Position numbers and translations under genes: made by a program | Origin: Azolla caroliniana | Taxonomy: Eukaryota; Plantae; Polypodiophyta | Length of the DNA stretch: 64,000 bases | Assembly (NCBI GenBank): GCA_043228905.1 | Contig: JBHGNT010000004.1 | Coordinates: 248,001-312,000 of the forward strand | Direction of reading: 5' to 3' | The notes under the pieces: generated by a model | Database searches by the model: none | What the model saw: only the letters and a program-made list of their open reading frames with translations | What the model was told of the DNA's origin: nothing | In this document: positions 50,813 to 63,971 of the stretch, in pieces | Position numbering within the stretch: the stretch's first letter is position 1 | How the letters are laid out: every line of letters begins with the position of its first letter

Positions 50813-52718
50813 GAAGAGGATAATGAAACATAAGATATAAAATATCCAAATGAAGTTCTCATGTTTTCCATATTTATGAAACTAGCCCACATTCTCACTA
50901 ATTACCAAAACGCCCCTCGAGAGTGTACACACACACACACACACACACACACAATTCCATTGCCCATTCTCATATCACTCTTTAAACTTGGGGGTCATTT
51001 GTTTAACGATTATGTAACCAAATTAAAGAAGAAGCCATCATTGATGCTTTGCCCTTATATATATTGTAACATCTCTCGATGACCTCCTAACCTTTATTTC
51101 TTCTTTTCTCTTTCATAGAATTGACTTTACACTTGGGATGCTTTGTATTTGAGATAATTTAATTGCATGTGAAGGGGGACCACGGGCTTACCTCTATCCA
51201 CATGTTTTCTTCAAGTTTGTCTTTATCTAAACGTAGGCCGCTTCCTCCTCCATGACTTTGTTAATAGCTATCTATCCCTCGTATTCAAGATGTATATTAT
51301 ATGAGGTTACCAATGAGCAAAGAGTTATACAATCATGTGAGCATATGTAGATTTTGTAAGGGCTAGAAAGGGATATTGTGAAGTTGTAGAATCTTGATAA
51401 GTGTGCAATTTTGAGGTGGTGTGCATAGCCATGTATGATGTATGAAAGGAACCTTGTGTTGTAGTCAAAGACCGGTATTGCGGAACATGAACAACATTTA
51501 TGTTAAGAAGATTACCAAGTTAACAAGTTAAAGCAAAATCAAAGAGAAAAAGTGTAAGAGAGAGAGACAGAAAGGTGCACTATGTAACAGTCTTATTCCA
51601 AAAGTTACAATATAAGAATGGCACTATCAACAACAACATGAACTAGGTTAGAAAGCCAATTATAAAGTAACTGGGCTAGGGCAACTGCCCTTTGACATAT
51701 TTACATTATTGTCCTAAACCTAGTTTGGCCAAAGGGACAATGTGAATACGGCCATTATACACCCGTATTTGACACCTTTCACTCAAGATTTCAAGAACAT
51801 CAACAACAATCAAACATTCATTGGATGTGATCATGGCCTTTTTTTGTTCCAAATCTCTCTCTTGACTCATTTCTTCTCTTGTATTCATGCCTCTATTGTG
51901 AGGGTTGTTCCGAATGCTTTCATTCATGTCCGTTTGCTTACTCGACTCTACGTCATCTCATATTTGTTCACTTATTCGAGTATTTGTTGAGTCGTGTTTG
52001 CTTGCACGTCTAATTCAACATTAACTCATATTTGTTTGCTCGGTGGACTTTGCATGTTCTCTCAATCATCCAATCATCCACTTATGTCTTCTCATCCATC
52101 TCCTCACTCCCTCATCACCACTCATGCATGATCAAATCACACCCTCTACACCTCTTTCTTCCAATTTGCTCCATGCATCTGCGTTTAAACCCAATGTTCG
52201 TAACATACATATTCATTTGGTAAACGAGTGGAAGCTAAGTTATTTTAATTTTGAAGGTGAGCATTTTTTGTTGGTTGGTTGTTTGCAAGCTTTTAAAAGT
52301 TAGTATTTTCTCTCTGTAATGAGTGTTTGAACCATCCGTGACAATTCCATGGTTCAACTAAGGTCATCCATCATTGCCGACCCTTGACCTACGTAATGGT
52401 GGACTGTACTCTTAACATTATGAAGTTCACCTATCACTAGCTAGTTTGGTTCCCCAAATTGAAATTCCCTTCGTACAATAGGCAAAGGCCAAATTCAATA
52501 CACAACATCCAATACAAATGACAAGTCCAACTTTGTCTATGATACTCGTTCGTAATGTAGAAAAATATCGATGAAACTTTCTCCCCACTTTACGAAACAT
52601 GGATTTATATTATCTTTTATGTAAGTATACATTGGTATTGGTCACTCATCATGATTATATTACAGAATCGCTCGTGCTTATACACAGCGACAATCTCTCT
52701 CAAGTTGACATTGTGCAG

Positions 52719-55700
52719 CTAGCTTGTTTCAGTATTAAAATGCATTAATGTTGTTGAAGCTAACGTTCGGAGGTCACAATTATCCAAAGCAGACACAGTT
52801 TGCGTAAGCGTAGACTTGGCTACAAGGCCATATTTCGAATCTCTGTATTTCTTGAACCTGAAAAACTTTTCTAGTATAAGTATAGATGCCTCAGTTGAAC
52901 TCTGGTCCTTTCCGATGAGTGCTATGAGGGGGGCTAATAAGTCGCTTTGCATGAGAAAATCAACTCCTTTTCGTATATTTTCACTGTTTTCCACTAATGT
53001 ATAGAGTGCTTTGACAGCCCATTCAGCACTAGGCAGCACACCTTGTCTAACCAGATTTACGAGAGATGGGACGACATTGGCCTCAATGAGACAAAATGTA
53101 TTGTTCCTGCTGCCACAAATTCCACCATGTACTCTACACACCTTAAATTTCTTCAACCCTGTGATATCCAAATACGTAAGCAATGCTGGTCGTTTCAACA
53201 TGAGGCGTGGGGTATGAGACGAAAGATGACAAAGTATCTCGGCTGCGTGTTTCCTTGTCTTTTCACTACTCGATGCATCATCAATCACAGCTTTACAAGC
53301 TGAGATGACATTGGTTCTCGAAAATGCCAAGAGGGTGCTAGAATCTTCGAGCCCAAAATGAGCAAAGTTGGACAACAGTACCCCAACACTTTCCTTCATC
53401 TTTGTGGTACCTTGTTCAAGATACTCTGCACACAACGTCAACAACTTGTCATCAGATAGTATGGTAGATCTTGTCTCTTCCGCGTTAAGGAGAACCTCAA
53501 GAATGATTACTGCAGATTCCTTTTCTTCCATGGGAGCATTAGACCCTAGCAAGCTAATGAGATATTTAACATCATCCGCCGATGGTATAATTGGCCTTGA
53601 ATCTTCACAACTTCTTGAAATATGACATAGGATATTTAGGATGCTTTGGTGACATACAGTTGAGACCTTGCCCCGCAGAAGAGCATAGAATATAGGGACC
53701 ATGCCCATTTCCACCACATGCTTGCGAACCGTTTGGCTATCTTTTGCCATAAATTGAAGCGTCTTTAAGGAATAGTCCTGTAAGCCAGTGTCTTTGGATT
53801 TCATCATTGTAAATAAGCGAACAACTGCCGCCTCAGAATCGATCTCATGAGCATTGTGTGTGTCAGAGGCCAAGTTAGAAAGGATATATGTAATATCTAC
53901 TTTGATTTGGTCTAATGAATGATGACCCATTAGGAACTTCATTAACACTGGAATGGCCCCAGCCTTTGCAATTAACACCTTGTTCTGTTCCACACGCGAA
54001 AGCTCAGCTAATAGCTTCACAGTGACTTGTATGATTTCAAGAGAACCTTTCTGAAGAAAAAGTAAGAGTGGAGGTACAACGCCAGCATTTACTAAAGGGA
54101 TACTATTAAGCTCATTCAGCTCACAAGAACGAAGAATTGCGGTTATGATTTCACATCTTATTTTATCCCCTCCTGTAAAATCATACAAGTAGAATAGGGA
54201 CGTTAGTTTAATAGGTAGCGTTTACAGTTTTACTGCTTTACTGCTTTACTACCAATTCATGAATTTCTTTATATACGAATTTCCTTATTCATTACCTTAC
54301 TTATGGTGCTTTGCGATATTCAGTTGCTTATAATGAAAACGTTTTATCATAGAATTCAGTTATGTTTACTTCTATAGAGCTAAAGAATCAAAAAACTCTA
54401 CATGCTGAAAAGTTATGCAACAAGGACGTGCATCTTTTGTAACAGGTTTCAATGTTGCAATATATGTTAGTAGATATGGCAAACGCTTACCCTGATTCAA
54501 ACAGGATACTAGAGGTTCAAATATGGTGCACCTGGCTGCGTCCATTATCATTTCTGGATCATCCTCACACAGATTATCAAGTAAAATCCTGATAAGTTGC
54601 CTCCCATTTGGTGGAGTTGAACGGAAGACATTTGCTAAAAGAAGCATAGAACCTCTCTCTGAAGCTATTGCTTTCTTGCCAACATCAACCTTCGATAGAT
54701 CGGAGAGAAGCTGAATCAAGTATTTCTCAGAGGGATCATTCTGTAGTAATGCCAAAACTACACCGACAGCTCCTGCTTTGATAATTGAAACCTTCACTAA
54801 CCAAAACCACATGAGAATTTATTAATTAATTTAAAATCATATCCAAGGCCGAACACGTTTTAATATATGTGATAATAGTGAGCTGTGATATACACACACA
54901 CACACACACTGTTCTTCCTGTTCTAAATTCTGTCATTTGAAACTTGTTCCTTTGACATTTTTCTAATTGGAGTGGAGTATTTCACAAAATGTGATTGAAA
55001 TTCACTTCTTCTTTTTTACATTGCTGCATGAACAGAATCACACAACCAGATGACATCAAAATGGACTCATAGCATATATAATAATATAACCCTCATGCAT
55101 AGCCTATAGGTCCTACCTTGTGTTCATACCCCATTGCAGAGATGTCAATTAGAATCTTGACAACAGTTTCCCTGATGGGTACAGGTGCATCTGATGATGG
55201 TTTAAGAAGATGGATTAATGGTTCAACTCCATCCAAGGAAAATACAAGTTGTCTATATTTGGGATCCATATCCATTAATCTCTTCACTGTCTGAACTGCC
55301 TGGTCCACGGGCATACCCATGATGACTTGATTATTCCTTAGCTCTTGCAATACAGAAACAATCTGAGCTTGACGCATGTGATCGAAAAATTCATCCATCG
55401 CATGTTGAAGCTTCAAATTTGGTACCAATTCTAAACTAGATAACTCTTTCCCTGTATCTGGACATGTTTTATGCCCTCTATTAAACCATTCCAATATAGC
55501 TGTCCTCTCATAGGTATACCCTTCCTCTTTGATAGTGACAGGTTCGTGCATGAGGGTCTTGGTTATCGGGCAAAAAAATGAGCTCGGAATGGATGTGATT
55601 CTACCATAGGGCCCAACTAGAGAATCGACTGACGAGAGCCTCCTTCTCTCATCCATGAGAACTTGTGCCAAAGAGAAGAACCGATTAAGATCTCTTAGAG

Positions 55701-56496
55701 TTACTACGCATTCGAGACCCTCCGACTCTGACTCTATCTCTGCTTTTCTTGCATCATTCTGAAGCTCTTGCTTGAGCTCTGCTGCTTCACATTCGGGAAT
55801 GTTCAAATGATCAGCAATTTTCCGCAACAATCTTGTAGAATGAGCCTCACAAGAATCTGAATCCATGATGTATAATGAGATCTCTCGAGCGAGGTCACTA
55901 TTACCCATCTCCGGGGCTATATTCGAACCTATTAGTCTTTTATGCAATGCTTCAATGCAGGTCACAATACCTATAGGCAAATCCAGATCACATCGAATCA
56001 CCATATTAAGACAATTGCATAGCTTGTTACGATGCTGATGTATCTCATCCACAACACGATCAGTACAATAGAGAAGAAAAATCCGGCTCCTTGATGCACA
56101 AGCACGTGTAAAAATGAACAAATCCCGAAGAGAATCATTCAATTTCTCCAATACTTGTTCTTTGAGGAGATGGATGGTTAACAATTCCCTCTCTTTGAGC
56201 AGATAATCAAACATTGGCTTCAGTTCCATCAAATAAAACACCATCATCAAGAAGTTTGATTTGTTTATGACCATAGCAAGAGCACATTTCCTTGTTTCAT
56301 CAATATATTCCATCATTCTTTGCACTAATCCAACGTGTCCTACATCTGTGGTACCCGTTTCTTCAACAATGTTCACATCTATAGTGACATTTTCTCCCGA
56401 ATCTGATAGTAATTTGCCTCTGTTACTACTTGACATCTTGAAACCCATCAGAACAATGTCGGAATGTGAGGAAAGCCCATTTGTTCTGGGTTCCAT
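52719..56496 (-). CDS. U-box/ARM-repeat E3 ubiquitin ligase, PUB43/PUB44 (SAUL1)-type, ~1044 aa
   Basis: Exons 56496-55117, 54791-54491 and 54172-52719 (phases consistent). N-terminal helical domain (CASRSRIFLL), U-box IPSSFFCPITKTLMHEPV...YERTAILEWF...TCPDT...LVPNLKL, ARM repeats, and the C-terminal CRVHGGICG...TFCLIEA motif typical of the SAUL1 clade. Confidence 0.88.
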
Positions 56497-58517
56497 TCTC
56501 AGTAAGTGCAGGTCATTTCTTTCTTTTTCTTTGTTCTGGAGGTGTAATAGAGCCCTTCAAAAGGAAAGGAAAAAGGATAAGAAAAACAAACAGACTAACC
56601 ACCATACATGCCCTGAAGCGATTGACGTGAACAATCCAAGCTTTCCATAGCTTCAGAGCAGAGGGTATAAAAAGGAGGATGAAGCGAGAAGTAAGATGTG
56701 ATATCTAAATGCCATACATACTACATAGGTAATAATAATGTTTTTTTCCATTTATCTATAAAAATAGCCCCCTACCCCCCGGTCAAAATGATTCAAGAGG
56801 TTGGTCTTTTTGGGCTTTTAGGTCCTTTGGGACACCTTTTAGGACATCTTAGGTCTTTTTAGGCTTTCAGGCCAACTTGATGTCGGACCGTGGGATGGAT
56901 GGCATCTCATTCAATACTAATAGGTCGAAGAAATCGTGAATAGTTCATGAAACCATAGCCCTTCCTCGGCTCAAACGTTTCTCCGACTCATTTCCTTATC
57001 TTGTGGATGGAAACTCTACCATTGGTCTACTACTATTTTGGTCGAGTGCTCATCACATGGGGGCACCTTCTCCATTGCCCTCTGCGAAATATCCTTCCCC
57101 AGAGCCTCCTCCTTATATTCAAATGTCGAAGACTTGAGGCTCCTTTTCCTTTTTCTTCTTTTTTTAATGATGATTCCACAAAGACAAAAGAACAAACAAG
57201 CTTTACTAGTACACCATCTTGTTTCTACTTTTACTTTTGACTTCTTGGAATTTCAATATCAATTAAGGTTGCCCAAGCCTTTGGTGAGTATGTAAGTGGT
57301 AGTAGTAGTCTATGGGGAGTGGGGACATCTTTGGTAATATGAGGTATAAATACAACAATCTTGTGCTTCAACCCTAATTAATGTCTCAATGATATTCAAA
57401 TAAAGAAAGACATGTCAATACTCAAAAGCATGCGCGAGGACTTGTCAAAGTCATTGTGTTGAGTGGTGCATTATTATATATCCAACCACTTTTACTTTTT
57501 CCCACACTACTACTAATTGAAGGCCCTACTCTATTGATTGACACTAGTGCATCGTATTGTTTACAGTTAATCTGGGAATATATTTAGTATTGCCCCGGCC
57601 CCCAAGTACGTATATACAATCCCGTGGCTTGACTCTTGATGTGTAAAATCTAGATCGAGAAAATGTGTGCATGAAAGGTTCTCCTCAAATAACTCATATG
57701 ACCTTCAAACTAACTCACCATTGTCAATCTCGAACAAAATTTAAGAACCATGTTGCATTAGACTTGTTACGATGGCTTTATCACAACCTAAACAACTCAA
57801 CCAAAAGGAATGGCCTTAGTTTATGGAGAAATTATTCGAATATATTCATGTGTGATGTTCGGTCAAAGAATTGCAATTATTTATTTTTGCATGTGTCCAA
57901 GGTTCTTTCTCTAACAGTACTATAATGCGGGTGTGGGTTGGGGTGGTGGGTCCCCTTCAAGTCAAGAAAATTACATAAGAGTTTGGTTGAGGGTTGCCTC
58001 TGATATGTGGTATTATTATATATGTATGTGGTATGTCACATGTGTATGCGGTATGTGTACGTGTACGTAGTATGGTATGTGAATTATGGGTTTGTTAAAA
58101 ATACAAAAATGTCCCAAAACCCACTCCACGGGGGGAAAAAGTAAATAATTAAACTTACCCTTTGGGGATGAAGCGCCGCGTCGAAGCGAAAGGAAAGGAA
58201 AGGAAAGAAAAACGCAAACAACAAGAAGTCCCAAAGGACAAAAGCGTAATTTCACGATCTCCTCCGCAACACAAAATCATCTGTCATCATCCATCTATCG
58301 ATGTATGTAATCAAAATTTCAAATCCATCATCATTCCCATCGGGGAGGGCAGGGCAACACACACACACACCCACATTTCTTAATCCACAAACTCTGATGA
58401 TTAATTAATACGTACCATAAAAATATGTGCTGGCGTTCAACCTCGTTATGGCGGCGGCGGCGGCGCTGACGCTTCCTTCTGTCGCTCCGACGACCGTACC
58501 CCCGCGTCATCGTCAGC

Positions 58518-60044
58518 ATGATGATGCAATTACCGTCCAAGCGCCGCTTCAAGACTCCCGGCCCCGGCGCATACAACGCCACCCTCCATCCCGTGGCCCC
58601 CACGCCGCCCGCTTTCACTATCGCCGGTAAAGCCTCCGGCGACTACGACCTCCAGGCCCTGGACTGGGAGCCTGGCCCCGGCACTTACTCCGCCGCCGCC
58701 CACCGCACCCGCTCCTGCGATGGCCCCTCCATCACCATCGCCTCTCGCCTCGCCTCCTCCTCCTCCTCCTCCGCCACCGCCGCCGGATCCGCCGCCAAAT
58801 ACTCCAGCGACGCCCCTGGCCCCGGCGCTTACAACGTCAGCGAGCGCACCACCGCCCTCACCCGGTGGCGCGAGCCTTCCTACAGCATCGCCTCCCGGAC
58901 TTACACCTTCCATCGCGAGATCAGCCCCGGCCCCGGTGCCTACACCCTCACCTCCGACAGCTATGGCCCTGCTTTCTCCATCGCCACGCGCCTCAAGAAC
59001 AAGCTCCGCGACCTCGCCGGCGGCGGCGGCGGCGGCGGAGCGCACGGGCGCCTCTCCGACTCGCCCGGCCCCGGCTCCTACAACTCCGCCAGCGCCGCCG
59101 ACCACCAACGGCCACGGAGCCCCATCATCTACATCGGCGGCGGTGGCCGGCGCAAGATATTGAGCAACGTCCCCGACGCCGACGTCCCAGGGCCGGGCGC
59201 CTACAGCCAGCACAAGCCCCCGCACGGCCGCACTTTCACCATCTCCGGCCGCCGCCCTGCTCGCCTGGTGGAGGAATCTCCAGGTCCAGGGCAATACTGC
59301 GCCGACGCGGCGGAGCCCCTGATCCACCCCTCGGAGCCGATGGTCTCGATAGCCGGGAGATTGAACAGCAATGCGGCGGGCGTAGCCGGGACAGGGATCG
59401 GGGGCAGCAGCTCGGATCCGACTCCGGGGCCGGGTGCGTATGAGCCACGGAAGAGGACAACGGCGCCGGCATTCACTATAGTGGGGAGGCCACACGACAG
59501 GAGGCCGGCGCCGTTCGTGGCGACGCATGTGGCCGGGCCCGGGGGAGACAACCCGGGGCCAGGGGCATACTTCACGCAGCAAGGCAAAGGCGCCGCAAAC
59601 TTGGACCACGTGATAGGCGTGTCGGCGCCCGCCATCAAGATCGCGGGGAAGAACTACCCGCCCCCCGGGAGCCCGATCCCAGGCCCGGGGGCGTATTCTC
59701 CTCGGTATGTAACGGAGGGTGGAGGAGGAGGAGGCGGAGAGAAGCGAGGGATTACAATTGCAACCAAGCTCAACACGTGCGGGAATGGCAGTCAATCGGC
59801 CGCCTTGGTGTGCACTGCGGCCGAGAATAGCCCAGGGCCAGGGAACTATTTCTGGGACAACAAGTATTACAGTAACATTAGCTCGCCCGCCATTTCAATG
59901 GGCATACGGTTCCCCGCGCCACGGGGATCGGCGGGCAGCGTCGGGGATGCAGGCCCAGGCCCCGGGTCATACAATGTCGCCCAGCCCAGAGGTGGCCCGG
60001 CCTTCTCTATTCACAGTGGATCAGAAAGATATTCATTCACTTGA
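58518..60044 (+). CDS. SHIPPO-repeat (ODF3/CIMAP1-like) sperm-tail/axonemal protein, 508 aa
   Basis: Intronless GC-rich ORF with 12 PGPGxY repeats, most followed by a P[AS][FY][ST]I-type motif, which is the SHIPPO-rpt signature. Confidence 0.9.
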   Translation: MMMQLPSKRRFKTPGPGAYNATLHPVAPTPPAFTIAGKASGDYDLQALDWEPGPGTYSAAAHRTRSCDGPSITIASRLASSSSSSATAAGSAAKYSSDAPGPGAYNVSERTTALTRWREPSYSIASRTYTFHREISPGPGAYTLTSDSYGPAFSIATRLKNKLRDLAGGGGGGGAHGRLSDSPGPGSYNSASAADHQRPRSPIIYIGGGGRRKILSNVPDADVPGPGAYSQHKPPHGRTFTISGRRPARLVEESPGPGQYCADAAEPLIHPSEPMVSIAGRLNSNAAGVAGTGIGGSSSDPTPGPGAYEPRKRTTAPAFTIVGRPHDRRPAPFVATHVAGPGGDNPGPGAYFTQQGKGAANLDHVIGVSAPAIKIAGKNYPPPGSPIPGPGAYSPRYVTEGGGGGGGEKRGITIATKLNTCGNGSQSAALVCTAAENSPGPGNYFWDNKYYSNISSPAISMGIRFPAPRGSAGSVGDAGPGPGSYNVAQPRGGPAFSIHSGSERYSFT

Positions 60045-60562
60045 TTTAAATATTAATGAATGTGTGAGTGTCTCCATCTCTTGGTCCTTTTCAAAATGTC
60101 ATTAAATATAAAATCTTGTGATTAGCTAATCTCATTCCCTACTTCATTGGAAATCTAGTCTTCACTTAGTCTGTTATTTTGATTGCCAAATATGTGTTTA
60201 ATCTTCATTGCTTTCTGACTTCCATTCTTATCATACTTCATTAGGACGAAAACTACCACCAACTATGACCATATATATAAATGTTTGTGGGTAGTTCTCA
60301 AAACAAGAAACTATCAGTGCTGCATGATTTTCGTATGCTTATGTTCTGGCCAAAGAAAATTCCGCACAATTCTACATGATTTTTTCTAAAGGAAAGTGAA
60401 TGAATCTTTCACCCAAGGGGATCCCACAATTGTGCAAGTGTTTTTAGAAGTGAGTTTTTAAGGTTCTTTATCTTAGAAACTATCCGAGTTGTGTAGGTTT
60501 TTTCCAGAAGACAAATTTAAAAACTCTTTGTGTGTATTTTAACCTTTGTTAATCACGGCTCT

Positions 60563-60785
60563 ATGAACCATATGTACCATTTGTGCAAGAAAAGCACCCT
60601 CAAAGAATGATAAGTACCATTCTTTTGGATTAACTATTTATTATGAGGTAAATAAGCCTAAAAAATGCAAAAAAAACATTTAAAAAATGGGGAAAAAACT
60701 AAAATAAAAACACAAAAATGTTTGAATAACATTCGCATTCGTTTTCCAACATAGAAAACAAATGTTATGCTAGACGAACACGAAT
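60563..60785 (+). mobile_element. Internally deleted copy of the 35555 TIR element family
   Basis: Starts atgaaccatatgtaccatt...ccctcaaagaatgataagtaccattcttttggat. Ends cattcgttttccaacatagaaaac...agacgaacacgaat, matching 36138-36194. Confidence 0.75.
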
Positions 60786-60912
60786 TTTACGTACTATGCG
60801 AGTCACGAGCATTACTTGTAATTTGTGTCTCGTTCTAGATTTTGGCTTTCGACATTTCATGTGCATATGAGGGCACCTCTAATATTTTCTCCAACATTAC
60901 TAGGTAATTGTG

Positions 60913-61018
60913 TTGTTATTTTTGTCTTAACACCATTCACAATTATAAATAAGAAGCAAAAGCATTGTTATTTTTGTCTTAACACCATTCACAATTATAA
61001 ATAAGAAGCAAAGGCATT
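60913..61018. repeat. 52-bp near-perfect tandem duplication
   Basis: ttgttatttttgtcttaacaccattcacaattataaataagaagcaaa[ag]gca at 60913 and 60965. Confidence 0.95.
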
Positions 61019-63239
61019 ATTTGTGATCATTTAAGCCCTACAATTTGTATTAGGAATAAGCTAGGTATTAAAATAGAGTTGTGACATTGAAATGAATTTT
61101 CTCATGTAAAGTATTCCTGCAACTAGAATACCTAAGACCTGGTTTTAAGTATGCACAATAGGCTGAAAATTTTCAACATGAATCAATTTAGAAAAGAAGG
61201 TTGTTTGTATCGATCATTGCTGAAATTAAAATTAGGCTTAGTGTATAGTCACTTTCGAGTATACTACATATTGTACACTACTAGAACTCTTTTAGTTTAA
61301 GTTCTATTTTTTTTACTTAATTTTATTTTAGTTATGATGACTGGATAAATACTCTATTGTTGTAAACCAATTGTCTCATGGGCCAAATTTGGCCTTAGAA
61401 GACGTTAATACATCTTTCTTTCTTTCTTTCTACCTACCTTTAACTAAGGCAAGAAGGCCTATTGATTTGCGATCATATTCAACCTTATCACATTATAACA
61501 TGAGTATTAACTCTTGTAGTGCCCTAGCACTCCTTTGCACTCAATCACATAACCTAGGTATTGAAGTTAATTATGGCATCTAAATCAGCCAAATATAAAA
61601 GCATGTAAGGTTCACAAGGAAGGGCTAGTAAATTATGAGCATCACTTGCTTTTTACTTGCTCTACATGTAGTGCAATTCGTGAAAGCTATGATGACATAT
61701 TAACAGGGGGCGAATACGAGTGTCACGCTACATATAGAGAACACCTAGAAGGTTGAGCTCATATGTGTATGCCTTATTCGCACATGAGTCTTTGTGCTTT
61801 GAAGTACATATGAATATCCCTTTTTACCAAGGAGACAAGCATCAAGAAAACTTGTGAATTTATGTCATATGGGTTAATATTGGCCCCTCTTTGGATGCTA
61901 AAAAAATATCCAATCTAATATCCAATCACATCGGTCACAATCGGTCTCCCGTGAATGTTAAAAAGAGAAATCAAACATATATATTACATTTCGTTGTCAA
62001 GTTTGAACATTCATTCAACATTGTCCTATTGGAAACAAAATGGTTAATGCATAAATAAATGAATAAATGATAAAACAATATAAATGCAAATATTATATGG
62101 CACAAATTCTTCATATGGAGCCATGTCCATCACACCCCCTAGTTTTTCGATCAAACCTTGAATACTTTACTCAAAAGTATGTAGAAAAGAAAAAGGAAAG
62201 GTGATGTGTGTGGGCAAGGTATTACCGTGATTAATCTAGCTTTCAATCTAATTAGATTCACATGATATTCTCACGTGACTGTATTCTAACAATTTAGTTT
62301 GACCTAATTACTCCGTTGTGATATGTTTATGTCATTCTTGCATGGTTTGATTTTAATTAAGTTGTACCATAATTAATAAAAATTTGTAAACCCCTCCAAT
62401 CGATCAAACGATACACAATGCATTACCATCACCACAAACTACTACACAAAGTGTGTCAAGGCTGAGGCGTGTGATGCACATGCCACATAAGCACGTATAT
62501 GAACAAATCATCGCACTTTTTAGCTGTGGACTAGATAAGTGATATAAGGTCATGTTTTTTTGTATGATACAATTATACATGTACTAAGAGCATATATGGC
62601 CGCGCACACACACACACACACACACTATAACAAGTTTGTCTAACAACTAATCAATTTGATTCAAGTGGATTGGATGATAATATAATTATGTTGCATGGTA
62701 ACAATTTAGTTTGATCGAATAGGGCCATATGATAATCTAGTAAGGCATCATGACAATGAATTAGCTTGATTGAATTGGGTTGGATGGTATTTTAATAGTT
62801 TGATCAAATTAATTTTGTTCAATAATGTCAGAATGTTGCCTTAGTTTTGTCAAAAGAAAAATATATGGCGCTGTCAAGTTCTACGTCAATATACTATATA
62901 AAAAACAACACAACCATACAATCAATGTTACTCCTATGTGTGTGTGTGTGTGTGTGTATACTAGGGGCATTTATAAATTTGTCATGTGATACCAAAAAGA
63001 ATCGAGAGAGTTGCAGATACATAATGTAAGGAAAGAAACAAAATTCTTGCTTGTTCTACATTGGTCGCTATTCAGGGTATGTCCCATGCTCGAGCAATTG
63101 TGATACAACTTGAACCTGTGGTAACAGGGGGGTTTGGAGGGGGATGAGGTAGAAACAAGAGGAGAGGATGTGTGAAATAGAGGCGAAAGGAGGGTAAATA
63201 GTTGGTTTTGTGATATTCAGTATTGGAGAACTTTTGAAC

Positions 63240-63392
63240 AAGAGGGGTATTTCTGTAATTTATCGATCAATACGAGGGGTATTTTTGTAGTTTCCTTGAC
63301 AATAACAGCAGGTATTTCTGTAATTTCCTGGTCAATAGGAGGGGTATTTCTGTAAATCACTATCAATAGGAGGGATATTTCTGTAATTTCAG
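63240..63392. repeat. Five ~32-bp tandem units with GAGGGGTATTTCTGTAA core, upstream of the ARIADNE gene
   Basis: g[ga]tattt occurs at 63246, 63278, 63311, 63343 and 63374. Confidence 0.85.
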
Positions 63393-63527
63393 TGTTAATA
63401 CGAAAAAAGCAAGGAAGCCAATACATATATACACCGCAGAACCAAATATAAAATCAATAAATATATAAAAAGGCGTGTGTGTTTCATCTCTGTCTCTCCC
63501 GGTCTGCAAATCCTACATTGTTTCTGC

Positions 63528-63536
63528 AAACCCTAA
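63528..63536 (+). promoter_or_regulatory. Telo-box (AAACCCTAA) in the 5' region of the ARIADNE gene
   Basis: Exact AAACCCTAA downstream of a TATA-like tatataaa (~63463). Confidence 0.5.
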
Positions 63537-63770
63537 TTCTCTCTGTACACTAGAATTAAAAAAGAAAAACCCATATTCATATGTCCTTTGTAAAACAAAC
63601 AAGCAGACAACCATATACAAACAAACCAATAATCCCTGCACAAATTTTCTCTCCCGCTTTTCTCCTTTCGTTTTCCTGATATATCCGTATGCTTTTATAC
63701 TCTTTCAGAAAGTCCCCTTATCTATTTGCCCCTGTTTTAAGAAAAATTAGGGAGATCAGTTTTTCCTTCT

Positions 63771-63971
63771 ATGGATTCCGAAGATGATATGCAAGATGCA
63801 CGATGCGAGACATCAGAAGAAGAAGATATCTATGGAAACGAAGATATAGAAGAATATGATTATAGCGATGGATTGATTGCTGATGATGACGAAGAAGGTG
63901 TCTATGAAGATGATGATTACGTGGCTCAATATAGCGCTGCTGATGATTCTCTTGGTTATAGCGAAAAACAA
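63771..63971 (+). CDS. First coding exon of an ARIADNE (RBR) E3 ligase, ARI7/8-like; gene continues beyond the window
   Basis: MDSEDDMQDA... is the characteristic plant ARI start, followed by a D/E-rich acidic tract. 67 codons end at a GTATGT donor (63972). The RBR domains lie outside the window. Confidence 0.7.

Noticed and set aside
58530-59795. 421-aa antisense ORF and other overlapping frames in the SHIPPO gene
   Set aside because: Expected stop-codon depletion in very GC-rich coding DNA; no recognisable domain.
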